Source of the DNA: Candidatus Bathyarchaeota archaeon
GTDB taxonomy: Archaea; Thermoproteota; Bathyarchaeia; TCS64
Length of the DNA stretch: 64,000 nucleotides
NCBI GenBank assembly: GCA_043826455.1
Contig: JBDRQD010000015.1
Location: forward strand, 32,001 to 96,000
Direction: 5' to 3'
Shown: piece by piece, positions 28,614-38,378 of the stretch
How positions within the stretch are numbered: the first letter of the stretch is position 1
Layout of the letters: each line of letters begins with the position of its first letter
Made by a program: the position numbers and the translations under genes
Notes under the pieces: generated by a model
The model's database searches: none
Told to the model about the DNA's origin: nothing
Seen by the model: only the letters and a program-made list of their open reading frames with translations

Positions 28614-30920
28614 TTGGAGTACGATAAGATACTTGAGATACTGGGCAGAAAGGAGTTCCTAGTCGTCGGCAAGAACGTCACACGCACAGACGCCCTGGAT
28701 AAGGTTCTGGGCAAGGCCAGGTACACGGCCGACTACGTGCCCAGAGGCACTACCCTCCTGAAGGTCTACAGGAGCAGCATACCCCACGGCATCATCACAC
28801 GCATCGATGTGGACGAGGCCCTGAAGGTTCCCGGCGTTGAGGGCATATACACGGGCGCCGACGTCACGGGCAATAACCAGATAGGGTACGCGCTCCCCGA
28901 CCAACCCTTCCTCAACGACGCCAAGGTCCACTACGTGGGCGACCCCATAGCCCTTGTCTGCGCCAGGGACGAGTACGCCCTGGAGGCCGCCTTCGACAAG
29001 ATTCACGTGGAATACGATGAGCTGCCCCCAGTCCTGGACGTGGACGCGTCCCTGGCCGAGGACGCGCCGAAGGTGCATGAGGGAGGAAACGTGGCCGTCA
29101 CCACCCGCATCAGGAAGGGCGACTCAGAGAAGGGCTTCACCGAGGCCGACGTGGAGGTCAGCGACACATACTGGAGCCCCTACCAGGACCACATGTACCT
29201 GGAAACCGAGGCCGCCTACGCCGTCCCCGATAGGGACAAGGTCACAGTCATCTGCAACGGGCAGAGCCCCTTCCTCATCAGGGAGAAGGTGGCCCACGTC
29301 ATGGGCTGGGACCTGAACCAGGTCAGGATAATCCAGGCCCTCACGGGCGGAGCCTTCGGAGGCAAGGACGACCAGGGGCCCCTGGTGGCCGCCTACGCCG
29401 CCTTCGCTGCCCACAAGCTGGGCAAACCCGTGGCCCACGTGTGGAGCCGGGACGAGTCCCTCTGCTACAGCAACAAGAGGTTCCCGGCCAGGATCAGGTA
29501 CAGGAGCGGCGCCGACAGGGAGGGCAAGGTCACCGGCATCGAGGTGGACATCACCCTGGAGTGTGGAGCCTACGCCAACAGGTCGCCCTTCTGGCTGTGG
29601 AGGCAGACCGCCCACGCCGCCGGACCCTACGAGGTGGATAACTGCAGCGTCGACGGTAGAGCCGTCTACACCACCAAGGTGTACGGCGGCAGCTTCAGAG
29701 GATTCGGCGACCTGGCCCTGCACTACGCCGCTGAGAGCCAGATGGATAAGCTGGCCTACGAGCTGGGCATGGACCCCATCGACTTCAGGCTCCGGAACGT
29801 GCTGGTGGAGGGTGGCCGGACAACCTGCGACCAGGTGCTGGACCACAGCGTCGGCATCAAGGAGTGCCTGGAGGCTGTGCGTGACGCCTCAGACTGGGCC
29901 AGCCACCGTCAGCCCATGTGGAACGGCTCCAAGGTACGGGGCTACGGCGTCGGGCTTGCATACCACGGCATCAGCACCAGCAGGAGCACCCCGGACTGGA
30001 GCGGAGCCAGCCTCATAATGAACCAGGACGGCAGCGTCACCTACCGCACAGGTATCGTGGAGATAGGGCAGGGCTCCCCCTTCGGCCACGCCAAGATAGT
30101 GGCCGAGATCATAGGCGTGGACCCAGCCACCATCAGGATAGAGCTACCTGACACGGATAGCACCTTGAATGCCAAGCCCACCCACGGCAGCCGGGGGCTC
30201 ATGATGGGTGGAACAGCAGCGGCTAAGGCCGCCTTGAAGCTCAGAGAAGAAATGGTGGCCTGCGCCTCGGAGCTCTTCGAGGTGGCCTCTGAGCGGATCG
30301 ACCTGGCTGAGGGCAGGGCCTTCGATAAGGAGAACCATGAGACCAGCATCAGCATCCGGGAGCTGGCCGAGGAGATGTACGTCCGCGGCTACGACCCTGC
30401 CGCATATGGGTTCTTCAGGGCCCCTGAACGGTTCTTCGACCCCGCCACGGGTCTGGGCGTCAACTACAGTGTCTACACCTTCGCGGCCACCGTGGCCGAG
30501 GTGGAGGTGGACACCGAGACGGGGGAGACGACACTCCTGCGGGTGTGGCCCGCCATGGACTGCGGAAAAGCCATCGACCCTATGATGGTGGAGGGCCAGA
30601 TCGAGGGCGCCGTGAGCCAGGGCATGGGCCTGGTGCTCATGGAGAACATGGAGCTCAAGGGCGGCCGAGTGCTGAACCCCGGGTTCAAGGATTACGTGGT
30701 GCCCAGCAGCGTGGACACCCCCCAGATAGAGCCCGTCATCATCATCGAGAAGCCCTACAGGCACAGCGCCTTCGGGGCCAAGGGGGTGGGCGAGCCCGCC
30801 ATCATAAGCGTGGTCCCCACCATCACCAACGCTATCTATCACGCTACGGGCCTCAGGTTCAATGAGCTGCCCGTGAGGTCGTGGACTATCCACAAGGCGC
30901 TGAAGGAGGCTAAGAGATGA
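28614..30920 (+). CDS. Xanthine dehydrogenase family molybdopterin-binding subunit (enzyme 1)
   Basis: GGAFGGK, SFRGFG, EIGQG, THGSR, GQIEG, AKGVGE (catalytic Glu). Confidence 0.93.
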   Translation: MEYDKILEILGRKEFLVVGKNVTRTDALDKVLGKARYTADYVPRGTTLLKVYRSSIPHGIITRIDVDEALKVPGVEGIYTGADVTGNNQIGYALPDQPFLNDAKVHYVGDPIALVCARDEYALEAAFDKIHVEYDELPPVLDVDASLAEDAPKVHEGGNVAVTTRIRKGDSEKGFTEADVEVSDTYWSPYQDHMYLETEAAYAVPDRDKVTVICNGQSPFLIREKVAHVMGWDLNQVRIIQALTGGAFGGKDDQGPLVAAYAAFAAHKLGKPVAHVWSRDESLCYSNKRFPARIRYRSGADREGKVTGIEVDITLECGAYANRSPFWLWRQTAHAAGPYEVDNCSVDGRAVYTTKVYGGSFRGFGDLALHYAAESQMDKLAYELGMDPIDFRLRNVLVEGGRTTCDQVLDHSVGIKECLEAVRDASDWASHRQPMWNGSKVRGYGVGLAYHGISTSRSTPDWSGASLIMNQDGSVTYRTGIVEIGQGSPFGHAKIVAEIIGVDPATIRIELPDTDSTLNAKPTHGSRGLMMGGTAAAKAALKLREEMVACASELFEVASERIDLAEGRAFDKENHETSISIRELAEEMYVRGYDPAAYGFFRAPERFFDPATGLGVNYSVYTFAATVAEVEVDTETGETTLLRVWPAMDCGKAIDPMMVEGQIEGAVSQGMGLVLMENMELKGGRVLNPGFKDYVVPSSVDTPQIEPVIIIEKPYRHSAFGAKGVGEPAIISVVPTITNAIYHATGLRFNELPVRSWTIHKALKEAKR

Positions 30921-31780
30921 AGCCACTACCCAGGTTCCAGTACCATGCACCGACGACGGTGGAAGAGGCTCTGCTTCTATTAACCACCCTGGACCAGGCC
31001 AAGCTCTTCGCAGGAGGCACCGACCTGGTGCCTCTTCTGAGGGAGGCGGCTTGCAGGCCGAGCCACCTTGTGGACCTGAACAACGTCGCCGAGCTCAACT
31101 ACATCCGTGAGGACTCCGGCTTCATCTGCATAGGGGCGACGGCCACCCACACCCAGGTGGCGGCGAGCCCCATAGCGGCCAAGGCGCCGGCCCTAGTGGA
31201 CGCCGTCTCACAGATAGGAAGCCCCCAGGTGAGGAACAGGGCCACCATCACCGGTAACCTATGCAACGCGTCGCCGGCGGCCGACTCGGCTCCGCCTCTG
31301 CTGGTCCACGAGGCCGAGGTGACTATAAGGAGCCTGGAGGATACCAGAATAATACCCCTGGATGATCTATTCGCGGGGCCAAAACTCAACAGCCTGGAGC
31401 CGGATGAGCTTGTGACCGAGATCAGGTTCCACGTCCCCCCAGAGGGCTCAGCCTCGTCCTTCAAGCGCATAGGCCGGCGCAAGGCCTTCACACTGTCCGT
31501 GGTCAGCGCGGCCGCCTACGTGGAGATGGACGGCGGCAAGGTGAAGGAGACCCGGCTAGCCTTCGGGTCGGTGGCCGAGACGCCTTTGAGGACACCAGAC
31601 GTGGAGACCATGCTACGGGGTAAACTCCTCACCGACAAGCTCCTGGAAAAGGCCGCAGAGGCCGTGAAGAGCAGCGTCGCCCCCATCACCGATGTGAGGG
31701 GCACCGCGGAGTATCGGAGGGACATGTGCGGGGTGCTACTCAAGAGGGCTCTGACCGAGGCCGCGGAGCGTGCGAGGTGA
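30917..31780 (+). CDS. XDH family FAD-binding subunit (enzyme 1)
   Basis: AGGTDL, QVRNRATITGNLCNASPAAD, DVRGTAEYR. Confidence 0.93.
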   Translation: MKPLPRFQYHAPTTVEEALLLLTTLDQAKLFAGGTDLVPLLREAACRPSHLVDLNNVAELNYIREDSGFICIGATATHTQVAASPIAAKAPALVDAVSQIGSPQVRNRATITGNLCNASPAADSAPPLLVHEAEVTIRSLEDTRIIPLDDLFAGPKLNSLEPDELVTEIRFHVPPEGSASSFKRIGRRKAFTLSVVSAAAYVEMDGGKVKETRLAFGSVAETPLRTPDVETMLRGKLLTDKLLEKAAEAVKSSVAPITDVRGTAEYRRDMCGVLLKRALTEAAERAR

Positions 31781-31785
31781 AAGCC

Positions 31786-32253
31786 ATGATGATAAACTTT
31801 GAGCTGAACGGACTGCCCACGACAGTGGAGGTGGAGCCCTACACCAGCCTGGTGGACATGCTGAGAGACGAGCTGGAAATCAAGAGCGTGAAGAAGGGCT
31901 GCGAGCAGGGAGAGTGCGGCGCCTGCACGCTGCTACTGGACGGCAGCCCCGTTGCCAGCTGCCTGGTACTGGCGCCCCAAGTGGAGGGCCGCCACGTCAT
32001 AACACTGGAGGGCCTAGAGAAGAACCCGCTGATGATAGACCTCCGGGAGGCCTTCGTGGAGAACGGGGCCGTCCAGTGCGGCTTCTGCACCCCCGGGATG
32101 CTGATAAGCGCCTACGCCCTCCTGAGGGACAACCCCCACCCCACCGAGCAGGAGGTGAAGCGGGGCATCGAGGGCAACATATGTAGGTGCACAGGCTTCA
32201 CCAAGATACTTGAGGCCATACTGGATGCCGCGGAGCGTATAGCCCCTGAGTGA
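31786..32253 (+). CDS. XDH family 2x[2Fe-2S] subunit (enzyme 1)
   Basis: GCEQGECGACT...SC, QCGFCTPG, CRCTG. Confidence 0.93.
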   Translation: MMINFELNGLPTTVEVEPYTSLVDMLRDELEIKSVKKGCEQGECGACTLLLDGSPVASCLVLAPQVEGRHVITLEGLEKNPLMIDLREAFVENGAVQCGFCTPGMLISAYALLRDNPHPTEQEVKRGIEGNICRCTGFTKILEAILDAAERIAPE

Positions 32254-33028
32254 CCCAGAGATCATAGCCAGGCTCAAGGAAGAGCTGGACGCTGGCAGGT
32301 CCTGCGTCCTCTGCACCCTCACCTATAAGGATGGCCACGGCCCCAGGGACCCGGGCAGCAAGATGCTGGTCACCGTGGAGGGTGAGACCATGGGCACTAT
32401 CGGCGGCGGAGGCATGGAGCGGGTCCTCGTGGAGGAGGCCCTCGCGGCTCTACGAGAGGGTAAACCTAGGAGCCTCCACTTCGCCATGGGGGTGCCCGCG
32501 CGAGAAGGAATGATCCCTGTGAACAGCAAGTGCGGTGGAGAGGTGAAGATATTCATGGACGTTGTGAAACCCGACCCGGGCCTCATCGTCATGGGCTCAG
32601 GGCTTATAGCTCAGGCGGCAGCAAGGATGGCTGCCGAGTGCGGATTCAAGGTGACCGTGGTGGACGACGCCAAGACCGCCACAGAATCCAACTTTCCAGG
32701 CATGAACCTGGTTAACGGGCCTTACCCCGGCAGCCTCAAAGGCGTCAAAGTCAGGCCCAGCGACTATGTGGTTGTGCTCCATGGGGAGACGGAGTTCGAG
32801 CTAGCCGGCCTCAGACACGCCTTGAAGGCGGGGCCGGCCTTCATTGGGCTCCTGGGGAGCAGCAACAAGGCCCGTGAGCACAAGAGGCATCTCAAGGAGG
32901 AGGGCTATGACGCATCCAAGGTGGACGCCATCAAGGGGCCCATAGGATTGAAGATAGGGGCCGAGACCCCGTGGGAGATCGGCGTCAGCATAGCGGCGGA
33001 GCTCATCAAGGTCCGGGCAGGGGCCTAG
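32246..33028 (+). CDS. xdhC: XdhC/CoxI molybdo-cofactor insertion chaperone (probable CTG start at 32246)
   Basis: GHGPRDPGSKML, GTIGGG.ME, CGG, GLLGS, PIGL.IGAETP.EI; frame is open from 32243 after an in-frame TAG. Confidence 0.85.
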   Translation: MSDPEIIARLKEELDAGRSCVLCTLTYKDGHGPRDPGSKMLVTVEGETMGTIGGGGMERVLVEEALAALREGKPRSLHFAMGVPAREGMIPVNSKCGGEVKIFMDVVKPDPGLIVMGSGLIAQAAARMAAECGFKVTVVDDAKTATESNFPGMNLVNGPYPGSLKGVKVRPSDYVVVLHGETEFELAGLRHALKAGPAFIGLLGSSNKAREHKRHLKEEGYDASKVDAIKGPIGLKIGAETPWEIGVSIAAELIKVRAGA

Positions 33029-33615
33029 CCTCGGCCCGTCAGGGACCACAGCTTCTTGGCGGCCTCATACTCCTCAGGCGTGTCCATGTCTATCACCGTC
33101 CACACGTCGCCCTCAACGTACCTGTGACCATCCTCGTACCGCGTCACGACATCTTTCAGAGTCTCGCCTGGCTTTAAGCTCAGTATCTCATAGAATAGGT
33201 TGCGCCGGAATAGGACAGGGTGGCCTCTCCTGTCGCCATACCTGGGGCTAACGATGACCGCGTCCTCGTCCTCCACAAGCACCTGAACCATGGCCGAGAG
33301 CATCCTTCGGTCCAGGCCCACCTGGTCCCCCAAGGCTAGGAACACGGCGTCGACGTCCACTGACCTCAGCCCAGCCTGGAAGCTGGTGGTCATCCCCTCC
33401 TCGTGGCGCGGGTTGTGGACCACCTCGACACTGTACCCGGAGAGCACCTCCTCAAACTCCTCTGGCCTGTGCCCGGTCACCACAACCGTCTCAATGCCCC
33501 TCAAGGCGTCCAGGGTGGTCTCCAGCACCGTCTTGCCAAAGAAGGGTAGGAGAAGCTTGTTAGAGCCCATGCGGCTAGACTTGCCAGCCGCCAGGACTAT
33601 GGCTGAGGCTTTCAT
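33025..33615 (-). CDS. Molybdenum cofactor cytidylyltransferase (MocA-like NTP transferase)
   Basis: VLAAGKSSRMG, NKLLL, GM.TS, LGDQ, RGHPVLF, DMDTPE. Confidence 0.82.
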   Translation of the reverse strand: MKASAIVLAAGKSSRMGSNKLLLPFFGKTVLETTLDALRGIETVVVTGHRPEEFEEVLSGYSVEVVHNPRHEEGMTTSFQAGLRSVDVDAVFLALGDQVGLDRRMLSAMVQVLVEDEDAVIVSPRYGDRRGHPVLFRRNLFYEILSLKPGETLKDVVTRYEDGHRYVEGDVWTVIDMDTPEEYEAAKKLWSLTGRG

Positions 33616-34073
33616 CTCAGAGCCTGGGCCGCCCTCTGCACGGCCTTCACTATGTTCACGTAGCCCGTGCACCTGCATAGGTTGCCGTTCAGGTATTCGC
33701 GTATCTCGGCCTCCGTGGGCGCAGGGTTCTCGTCCAGCAGAGCCTTCGTGGCCATGATGAACCCGGGTGTGCAGTACCCGCACTGCACGGCCCCCTCGTC
33801 CAGGTAGGCCTGCTGTATCGGGTGAGGCTCTCCACCCTCGGCCAGCCCCTCGACGGTGTCCACCTTGCGGCCGTCGGCGTCGACGGCCAGGATCATGCAT
33901 GCGAGGACCGCTTCGCCGTCCATGAGGGCTGTGCACGCGCCGCACTCGCCTATGCCGCAGCCATACTTGGTTCCGGTTAGGTTCATCTCGTCCCTGAGTA
34001 GGTTCAGTAGAAGGGTGTTGGGCTCAACGTCGAAGCTCCTCTTCGCCCCGTTGACTGTTAACTGTATCCTCAT
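33612..34073 (-). CDS. XDH family 2x[2Fe-2S] subunit (enzyme 2)
   Basis: GTKYGCGIGECGACT, QCGYCTPG, GNLCRCTGY. Confidence 0.93.
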   Translation of the reverse strand: MRIQLTVNGAKRSFDVEPNTLLLNLLRDEMNLTGTKYGCGIGECGACTALMDGEAVLACMILAVDADGRKVDTVEGLAEGGEPHPIQQAYLDEGAVQCGYCTPGFIMATKALLDENPAPTEAEIREYLNGNLCRCTGYVNIVKAVQRAAQALR

Positions 34074-34957
34074 CTCTGTGCCTCCAATAGACTCGTTAAC
34101 GCCTCCACGACGAACCCGTGGGCGACCCTCCGCTTGTAGGGTCCCCTGCTTCTGCCGCTCTCCCTGGGCTTGATGCTGCGTGAGGCGAGTCTGGCCACCT
34201 CCTCGATACATGCATGATCAAGCCTCCTGCCCCTGACGTATGCCTCGACATCCTTCGTCCTCATGGGCGTCGGCGCCACGGTGCCCCAGGCGAAGCGGCT
34301 GTCCTCGGCTACGCCATCCTTGAGCTTCACGGTCACGGCCAGGCTTATGGTCGCGATGTCCATGGAGGCCCTAGCGACTCGGAGCCAGCGCCCCCCGGTG
34401 TTCTTGGCGGGCTTGGGGACCGACACGCCTGTCAGTATCTCACCCCTCTCAAGCACGGTCGCGCCTGGCCCCTTGAAGAAGCCGTCCAGGGGGACGACCC
34501 TGTCGCCGCTGGGGCCCGCGATGTGGGCCACCGCGTCGTAGGCCAGGAGGGCCACCGCCGTGTCGGCGCAGGGTGACGCGTTGCACAGGTTGCCTCCCAG
34601 GGTTGCCAGGTTCCTGATCTGGACCGAGCCAAGGGTCCTGGCAGCCTCCTGCAGGACTGGCAGCCTCTTCCCTATGAGTTCACTCTTTTCTATGTCCCTG
34701 ATCCTTGTCAGGGCCCCGATGTGGATGCCCTCCCTGGTCTCCTTGATCTCCGCCAAGCCCATGATCCTCTTCAGGTTGACGACGTGTTTGGGGCGGTGGC
34801 TCCCGTCCTTCATCCTGACGATGAGGTCGGTGCCTCCCGCGAGGGCGCTGCCGTCGCCGCCGTACTCGCTGAGCAGCTTCACGGCCTCGGCGACGCTGGT
34901 GGGGGCGTGGTACTCAAACCCCATGACTATGTGGGTGTTGTGTGTGTTGATGTTCAC
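34070..34957 (-). CDS. XDH family FAD-binding subunit (enzyme 2)
   Basis: AGGTDL, QIRNLATLGGNLCNASPCAD; no [4Fe-4S] Cys insertion. Confidence 0.92.
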   Translation of the reverse strand: MNINTHNTHIVMGFEYHAPTSVAEAVKLLSEYGGDGSALAGGTDLIVRMKDGSHRPKHVVNLKRIMGLAEIKETREGIHIGALTRIRDIEKSELIGKRLPVLQEAARTLGSVQIRNLATLGGNLCNASPCADTAVALLAYDAVAHIAGPSGDRVVPLDGFFKGPGATVLERGEILTGVSVPKPAKNTGGRWLRVARASMDIATISLAVTVKLKDGVAEDSRFAWGTVAPTPMRTKDVEAYVRGRRLDHACIEEVARLASRSIKPRESGRSRGPYKRRVAHGFVVEALTSLLEAQR

Positions 34958-34958
34958 G

Positions 34959-37310
34959 TCAGTTTCCCTCCTTCTTCGCTATGGCCTCCATGATCCTCTC
35001 CTTCGTCAGGGGTAGCTCATAGAACCTTATACCTATGGCGTTCTGTATGGCGTTGGCCACAGTGCCTGCGACGGGGTTGAGGGCGCCCTCGCCTATCCCC
35101 TTGGCTCCGAAGGGGCCGGTGGGCTCGTAGGTGTCGGTGAAAAACACCTCGAAGTCGTCCAGGGGGGGCATGTCCATGGCGTACGGTATCTTATAGTCGG
35201 TGATCATGCCCCTGTTGGCCAGTCCACCAGTCGCTGTGTCGATGGGGAGGTCCTCCATGGTCGCCATGCTCCACCCCATAGCCAGTCCCCCGTGAACCTG
35301 TCCAGCAGCCAGCTTGGGGTTGATGACTGTGCCAATATCGGCGCCAGCCACGACCCTTACAGGCCTGACCTTTCCCGTCCAGGTGTCGACCTCCACCTCT
35401 ATGAAGTAACCAGTGAAGTGGGGCGGGCAGGCCGGCTGCCTGTAACTGTCCACTGCCGAGACGGTGCCCCAGTTCTTGTGGCGGGCGTTGTACGCGATCT
35501 CCTTGAAGGTGACCTCCCTACCCTGGACGCCCTCCGCGTATATGACTCCCTGCCCCCTGCCTTCGTCGCAGCGGAACTTGAGGGCGCTCGCCTCCGCGTC
35601 CAGCATCCGGGCCGCGAAGGCTCTAAGCTTCTCCTTCACCTGCTTCGTGACCTTCAGGGCCGCCCCGCCTCCGCTGTAGATGCCTCTGGATGCGTGGGTG
35701 CAGACGTCGTATACCGTCGTGCTGGTGTCAGCGTCGATGACGTTGACGTTCTCAAGTGGGATGCAGAGCTCCTCCGCGATGATCTTGGCGTGGGCCTCCA
35801 GGGTGCCTCCGCCGTGGTCCATGAGGGCGGTCACGTAGTCGAGGGTCCCGTCCTCGTTGAGCTTGAGGAACGCGCCGCTGAAGTCGATGACTGTGCCGGG
35901 CACGGGCGCACCCGCGCTGCTCGTATGGTAGCCGCGGCCCATCCCGATGCCCCTCCTGTACCTGCCCGTCTGGCTCCCGGCGTCTGGCCTGTTGTACCAG
36001 TCGATCTTCTCGGCGCCCCTCCTGAGTATCTCCTCGACGCCGCAGCTCTGTATGATGGACTTTACCGTGGGGCCCTGACCCCAGAAGAGGTCGCCCTTGC
36101 CCACGTAGTTCTTCAGCCTGAAGTCGAGGGGGTCTACGCCCAGCTTTTCGGCGAGCTCATCCATCATCGTCTCTACCATCCAGCTAACCTGCGGGTTCCC
36201 GTAGCCTCTGAAGGCGCAGCTGGGGGTCTTGTTGGTGTATACTGCCTTACTGCTGTAGCTCTTGGCCTTGAGCTTGTAGAGGCTGACCCACCAGCCCGCC
36301 ATGCAGCCCAGGAGCGGGTATGCCTGGATCTGGTGGCTCCCCAGGTCCAGCCAGGCGTCCAGGTGGCCGCCCACAAGGTGGCCGTCCCTCATGGCCCCCA
36401 GCTTCAGCTTGAAGACCATGCTGTAGCTGCAGTGGTCGTGGATGTCCTCCTCGCGGGTGAAGTGTATCTTCACAGGCCTCCTGGTCTTGAGGGCCATGGC
36501 TACGGCTATCAGCGTCACTGTGTTGACCTGTATGCTGCTCCCGAAGCTCCCCCCCAGCGGGGTCTTCATGACCCTGATCTTGCCCATAGGTAGGCCGAAG
36601 ACCTCGTGGAGGAGCAGCCTGCTGTTGTGGAGGGTCTGGGTGGTGCTCCACACCGTGACGCCTCCGTTGATATCCGGCTTAACTAGGACGGCCTTGGTCT
36701 CCAGCTGGACGTGGTACCTTCTATTGGTGCGGAAGGTTCTCTCAAGGACGACGTCGCTCTCCTTGAACGCCGCCTCGACGTCACCCTCCCTAAGGTCCAG
36801 CGTGCAGGCGACGTTGTTCTGCACCTTGAGGGCCGAGTCCTTCAAGAGGATATCTTCATGGATCTGCGTTGACCCGTCCTTGTAGGCGTCCTCGACCGTG
36901 AAGTAGGCCTGGAGGGCCTCGTACTCCACCCTGATGGCTTCCAAGGCTCTCTGAGCTAGCTCCTCCGTCTCGGCTGCCACAGCTGCGATGGCCTCGCCCA
37001 CGTACACCGGCTTCCTGGTGAGGACACGCCAGTCCTTAAACGTGGCCTCGGGCGTGCTCACGAGGCGTGGGCAGAAGCGGACATCCGGGACGTCGTCGGG
37101 CGTGAGCACGATCGCCCCCATCTTCTCTGCCTCAGCCGCGTCGATCCTCTTCACGACGGCGTGGGGGTGCTCTGACTTCAGTATCCTCACGTGAAGCATG
37201 CCTGGGAGGCTGAGGTCAGACGCGAATTTCTCGGCTCCCGTGACCTTGGCCAAGCCGTCTTTGCGATTGGTGTCTTTCCCTATTACGCTGTACTGTTGGT
37301 TGCTGGACAT
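34959..37310 (-). CDS. Xanthine dehydrogenase family molybdopterin-binding subunit (enzyme 2)
   Basis: GGSFGS, AFRGYGNPQ, THASR, GQVHGG, PTGPFGAKGIGE. Confidence 0.93.
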   Translation of the reverse strand: MSSNQQYSVIGKDTNRKDGLAKVTGAEKFASDLSLPGMLHVRILKSEHPHAVVKRIDAAEAEKMGAIVLTPDDVPDVRFCPRLVSTPEATFKDWRVLTRKPVYVGEAIAAVAAETEELAQRALEAIRVEYEALQAYFTVEDAYKDGSTQIHEDILLKDSALKVQNNVACTLDLREGDVEAAFKESDVVLERTFRTNRRYHVQLETKAVLVKPDINGGVTVWSTTQTLHNSRLLLHEVFGLPMGKIRVMKTPLGGSFGSSIQVNTVTLIAVAMALKTRRPVKIHFTREEDIHDHCSYSMVFKLKLGAMRDGHLVGGHLDAWLDLGSHQIQAYPLLGCMAGWWVSLYKLKAKSYSSKAVYTNKTPSCAFRGYGNPQVSWMVETMMDELAEKLGVDPLDFRLKNYVGKGDLFWGQGPTVKSIIQSCGVEEILRRGAEKIDWYNRPDAGSQTGRYRRGIGMGRGYHTSSAGAPVPGTVIDFSGAFLKLNEDGTLDYVTALMDHGGGTLEAHAKIIAEELCIPLENVNVIDADTSTTVYDVCTHASRGIYSGGGAALKVTKQVKEKLRAFAARMLDAEASALKFRCDEGRGQGVIYAEGVQGREVTFKEIAYNARHKNWGTVSAVDSYRQPACPPHFTGYFIEVEVDTWTGKVRPVRVVAGADIGTVINPKLAAGQVHGGLAMGWSMATMEDLPIDTATGGLANRGMITDYKIPYAMDMPPLDDFEVFFTDTYEPTGPFGAKGIGEGALNPVAGTVANAIQNAIGIRFYELPLTKERIMEAIAKKEGN

Positions 37311-37865
37311 TCCTCTTCCTCAAAGGTACCGTAGATTAAAAACAGTATATTAATTAGAGGATTTGATTCTCTTTTTTATTGGTGTGCTGCGGTCATCGAC
37401 TTCGGGGCGGGTAATCGGTCTAATTATAAGAATATTCGCCATTAGATGATACCCTCCTACTTTTTTTGTATATCGACCATCGTTGCCCTGTGCTTGATGT
37501 GATGAATGTACCGTGTTTTTGTATGGTATGAACAGCGCTTTTGCGTAGATTCATGCGGCGTCGGACCGGTTCTGCGGCTCCTTTTGGTGTGGGGCGTCCG
37601 TTTCCAGTCTATCTTGCTCTACCCCCCTCCCCTCTCACTGGGTGTCCGGTGCTGGCGTGGTGCATATATCGTTCTGTGGGGTTGCTTATCCCGTGCCAGC
37701 CGGGATAAGGCGGAAAAAATTTTCCATCTTTTGCTTCATGCTTTTCCTCGGTGAGATGCCTTCTCGTCCTCGGCTCTTGGCCCTCAGAAAAGGCCCGCAT
37801 GATGTTTTCTTCAACTAGGGAATTTTAGCTTCATGTTTTTAGCGGTTAAAATTGAGGCGTCTCCG

Positions 37866-38270
37866 TCACTTTTCCATGGGGGTCAGCGTGTAGTTGACCT
37901 CCATGACTCCCCTCACGGCCTTGGCCCTGGAGACGAAGGTCATGACGTTCTCGGCCTCCCCCTTCACCAGGAATATCTCGATGCAGTAGCCCTCCCCGAT
38001 GTGGAGGTGCATGTTCCCGAAGATGAGGTCCTCGAACCCGTTCCTGAGGTCCATGAGCCCCACGTGACTCGCCGTCTGCTCCGCCTCGCTTATTATGGTG
38101 ACGGTGGCCATGACGCTGCCCCTCTGCCTGCCTTGGAGGCTGAACTGGACCAGGCTGTCCCTAATAGCCAGCCTCAGGGCCTCTGATCGGCTGCTGAAGC
38201 CGCTACGGGTCACGAACTCGTCTAGGCGCTCCAGGAGGTCAGGGGTCAGGCTCACGCTGATAACGGTCAT
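37866..38270 (-). CDS. NikR-family RHH metal-responsive regulator
   Basis: VISVSL...SRSEALRLAIR RHH domain; C-terminal HLH...CIE metal motif. Confidence 0.85.
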   Translation of the reverse strand: MTVISVSLTPDLLERLDEFVTRSGFSSRSEALRLAIRDSLVQFSLQGRQRGSVMATVTIISEAEQTASHVGLMDLRNGFEDLIFGNMHLHIGEGYCIEIFLVKGEAENVMTFVSRAKAVRGVMEVNYTLTPMEK

Positions 38271-38273
38271 AGT

Positions 38274-38302
38274 TTAATAATTTACCCCCTTAAATTTATT
38301 AA
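38274..38302. promoter_or_regulatory. Candidate NikR-type operator
   Basis: TTAATAA-N15-TTATTAA inverted repeat between the divergent regulator and the ATPase. Confidence 0.5.
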
Positions 38303-38378
38303 TATCTAATAATTTTTAGCCCATTCATAGCACTACCTTAATAAACCCGCGCCGTGGGGAATCTGAGAGCCGTCGAAG

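Noticed and set aside
32240..32242. Pyrrolysine/readthrough at the TAG upstream of xdhC
   Set aside because: The TAG lies inside the upstream gene in another frame and before XdhC homology begins; no pyl genes seen.
33616..33945. N-terminal extension of the MocA-like ORF (306 aa in the track)
   Set aside because: It is an off-frame reading of the Fe-S gene; homology begins at MKASAIVLAAG (33615).
35292..36593. 433-aa + strand ORF
   Set aside because: Antisense to the XDH large subunit; no recognisable family.
28614..37310. Aerobic CO dehydrogenase or 4-hydroxybenzoyl-CoA reductase call
   Set aside because: No AYxCSFR or AYRGAGR loop, and no [4Fe-4S] insertion in the FAD subunits.
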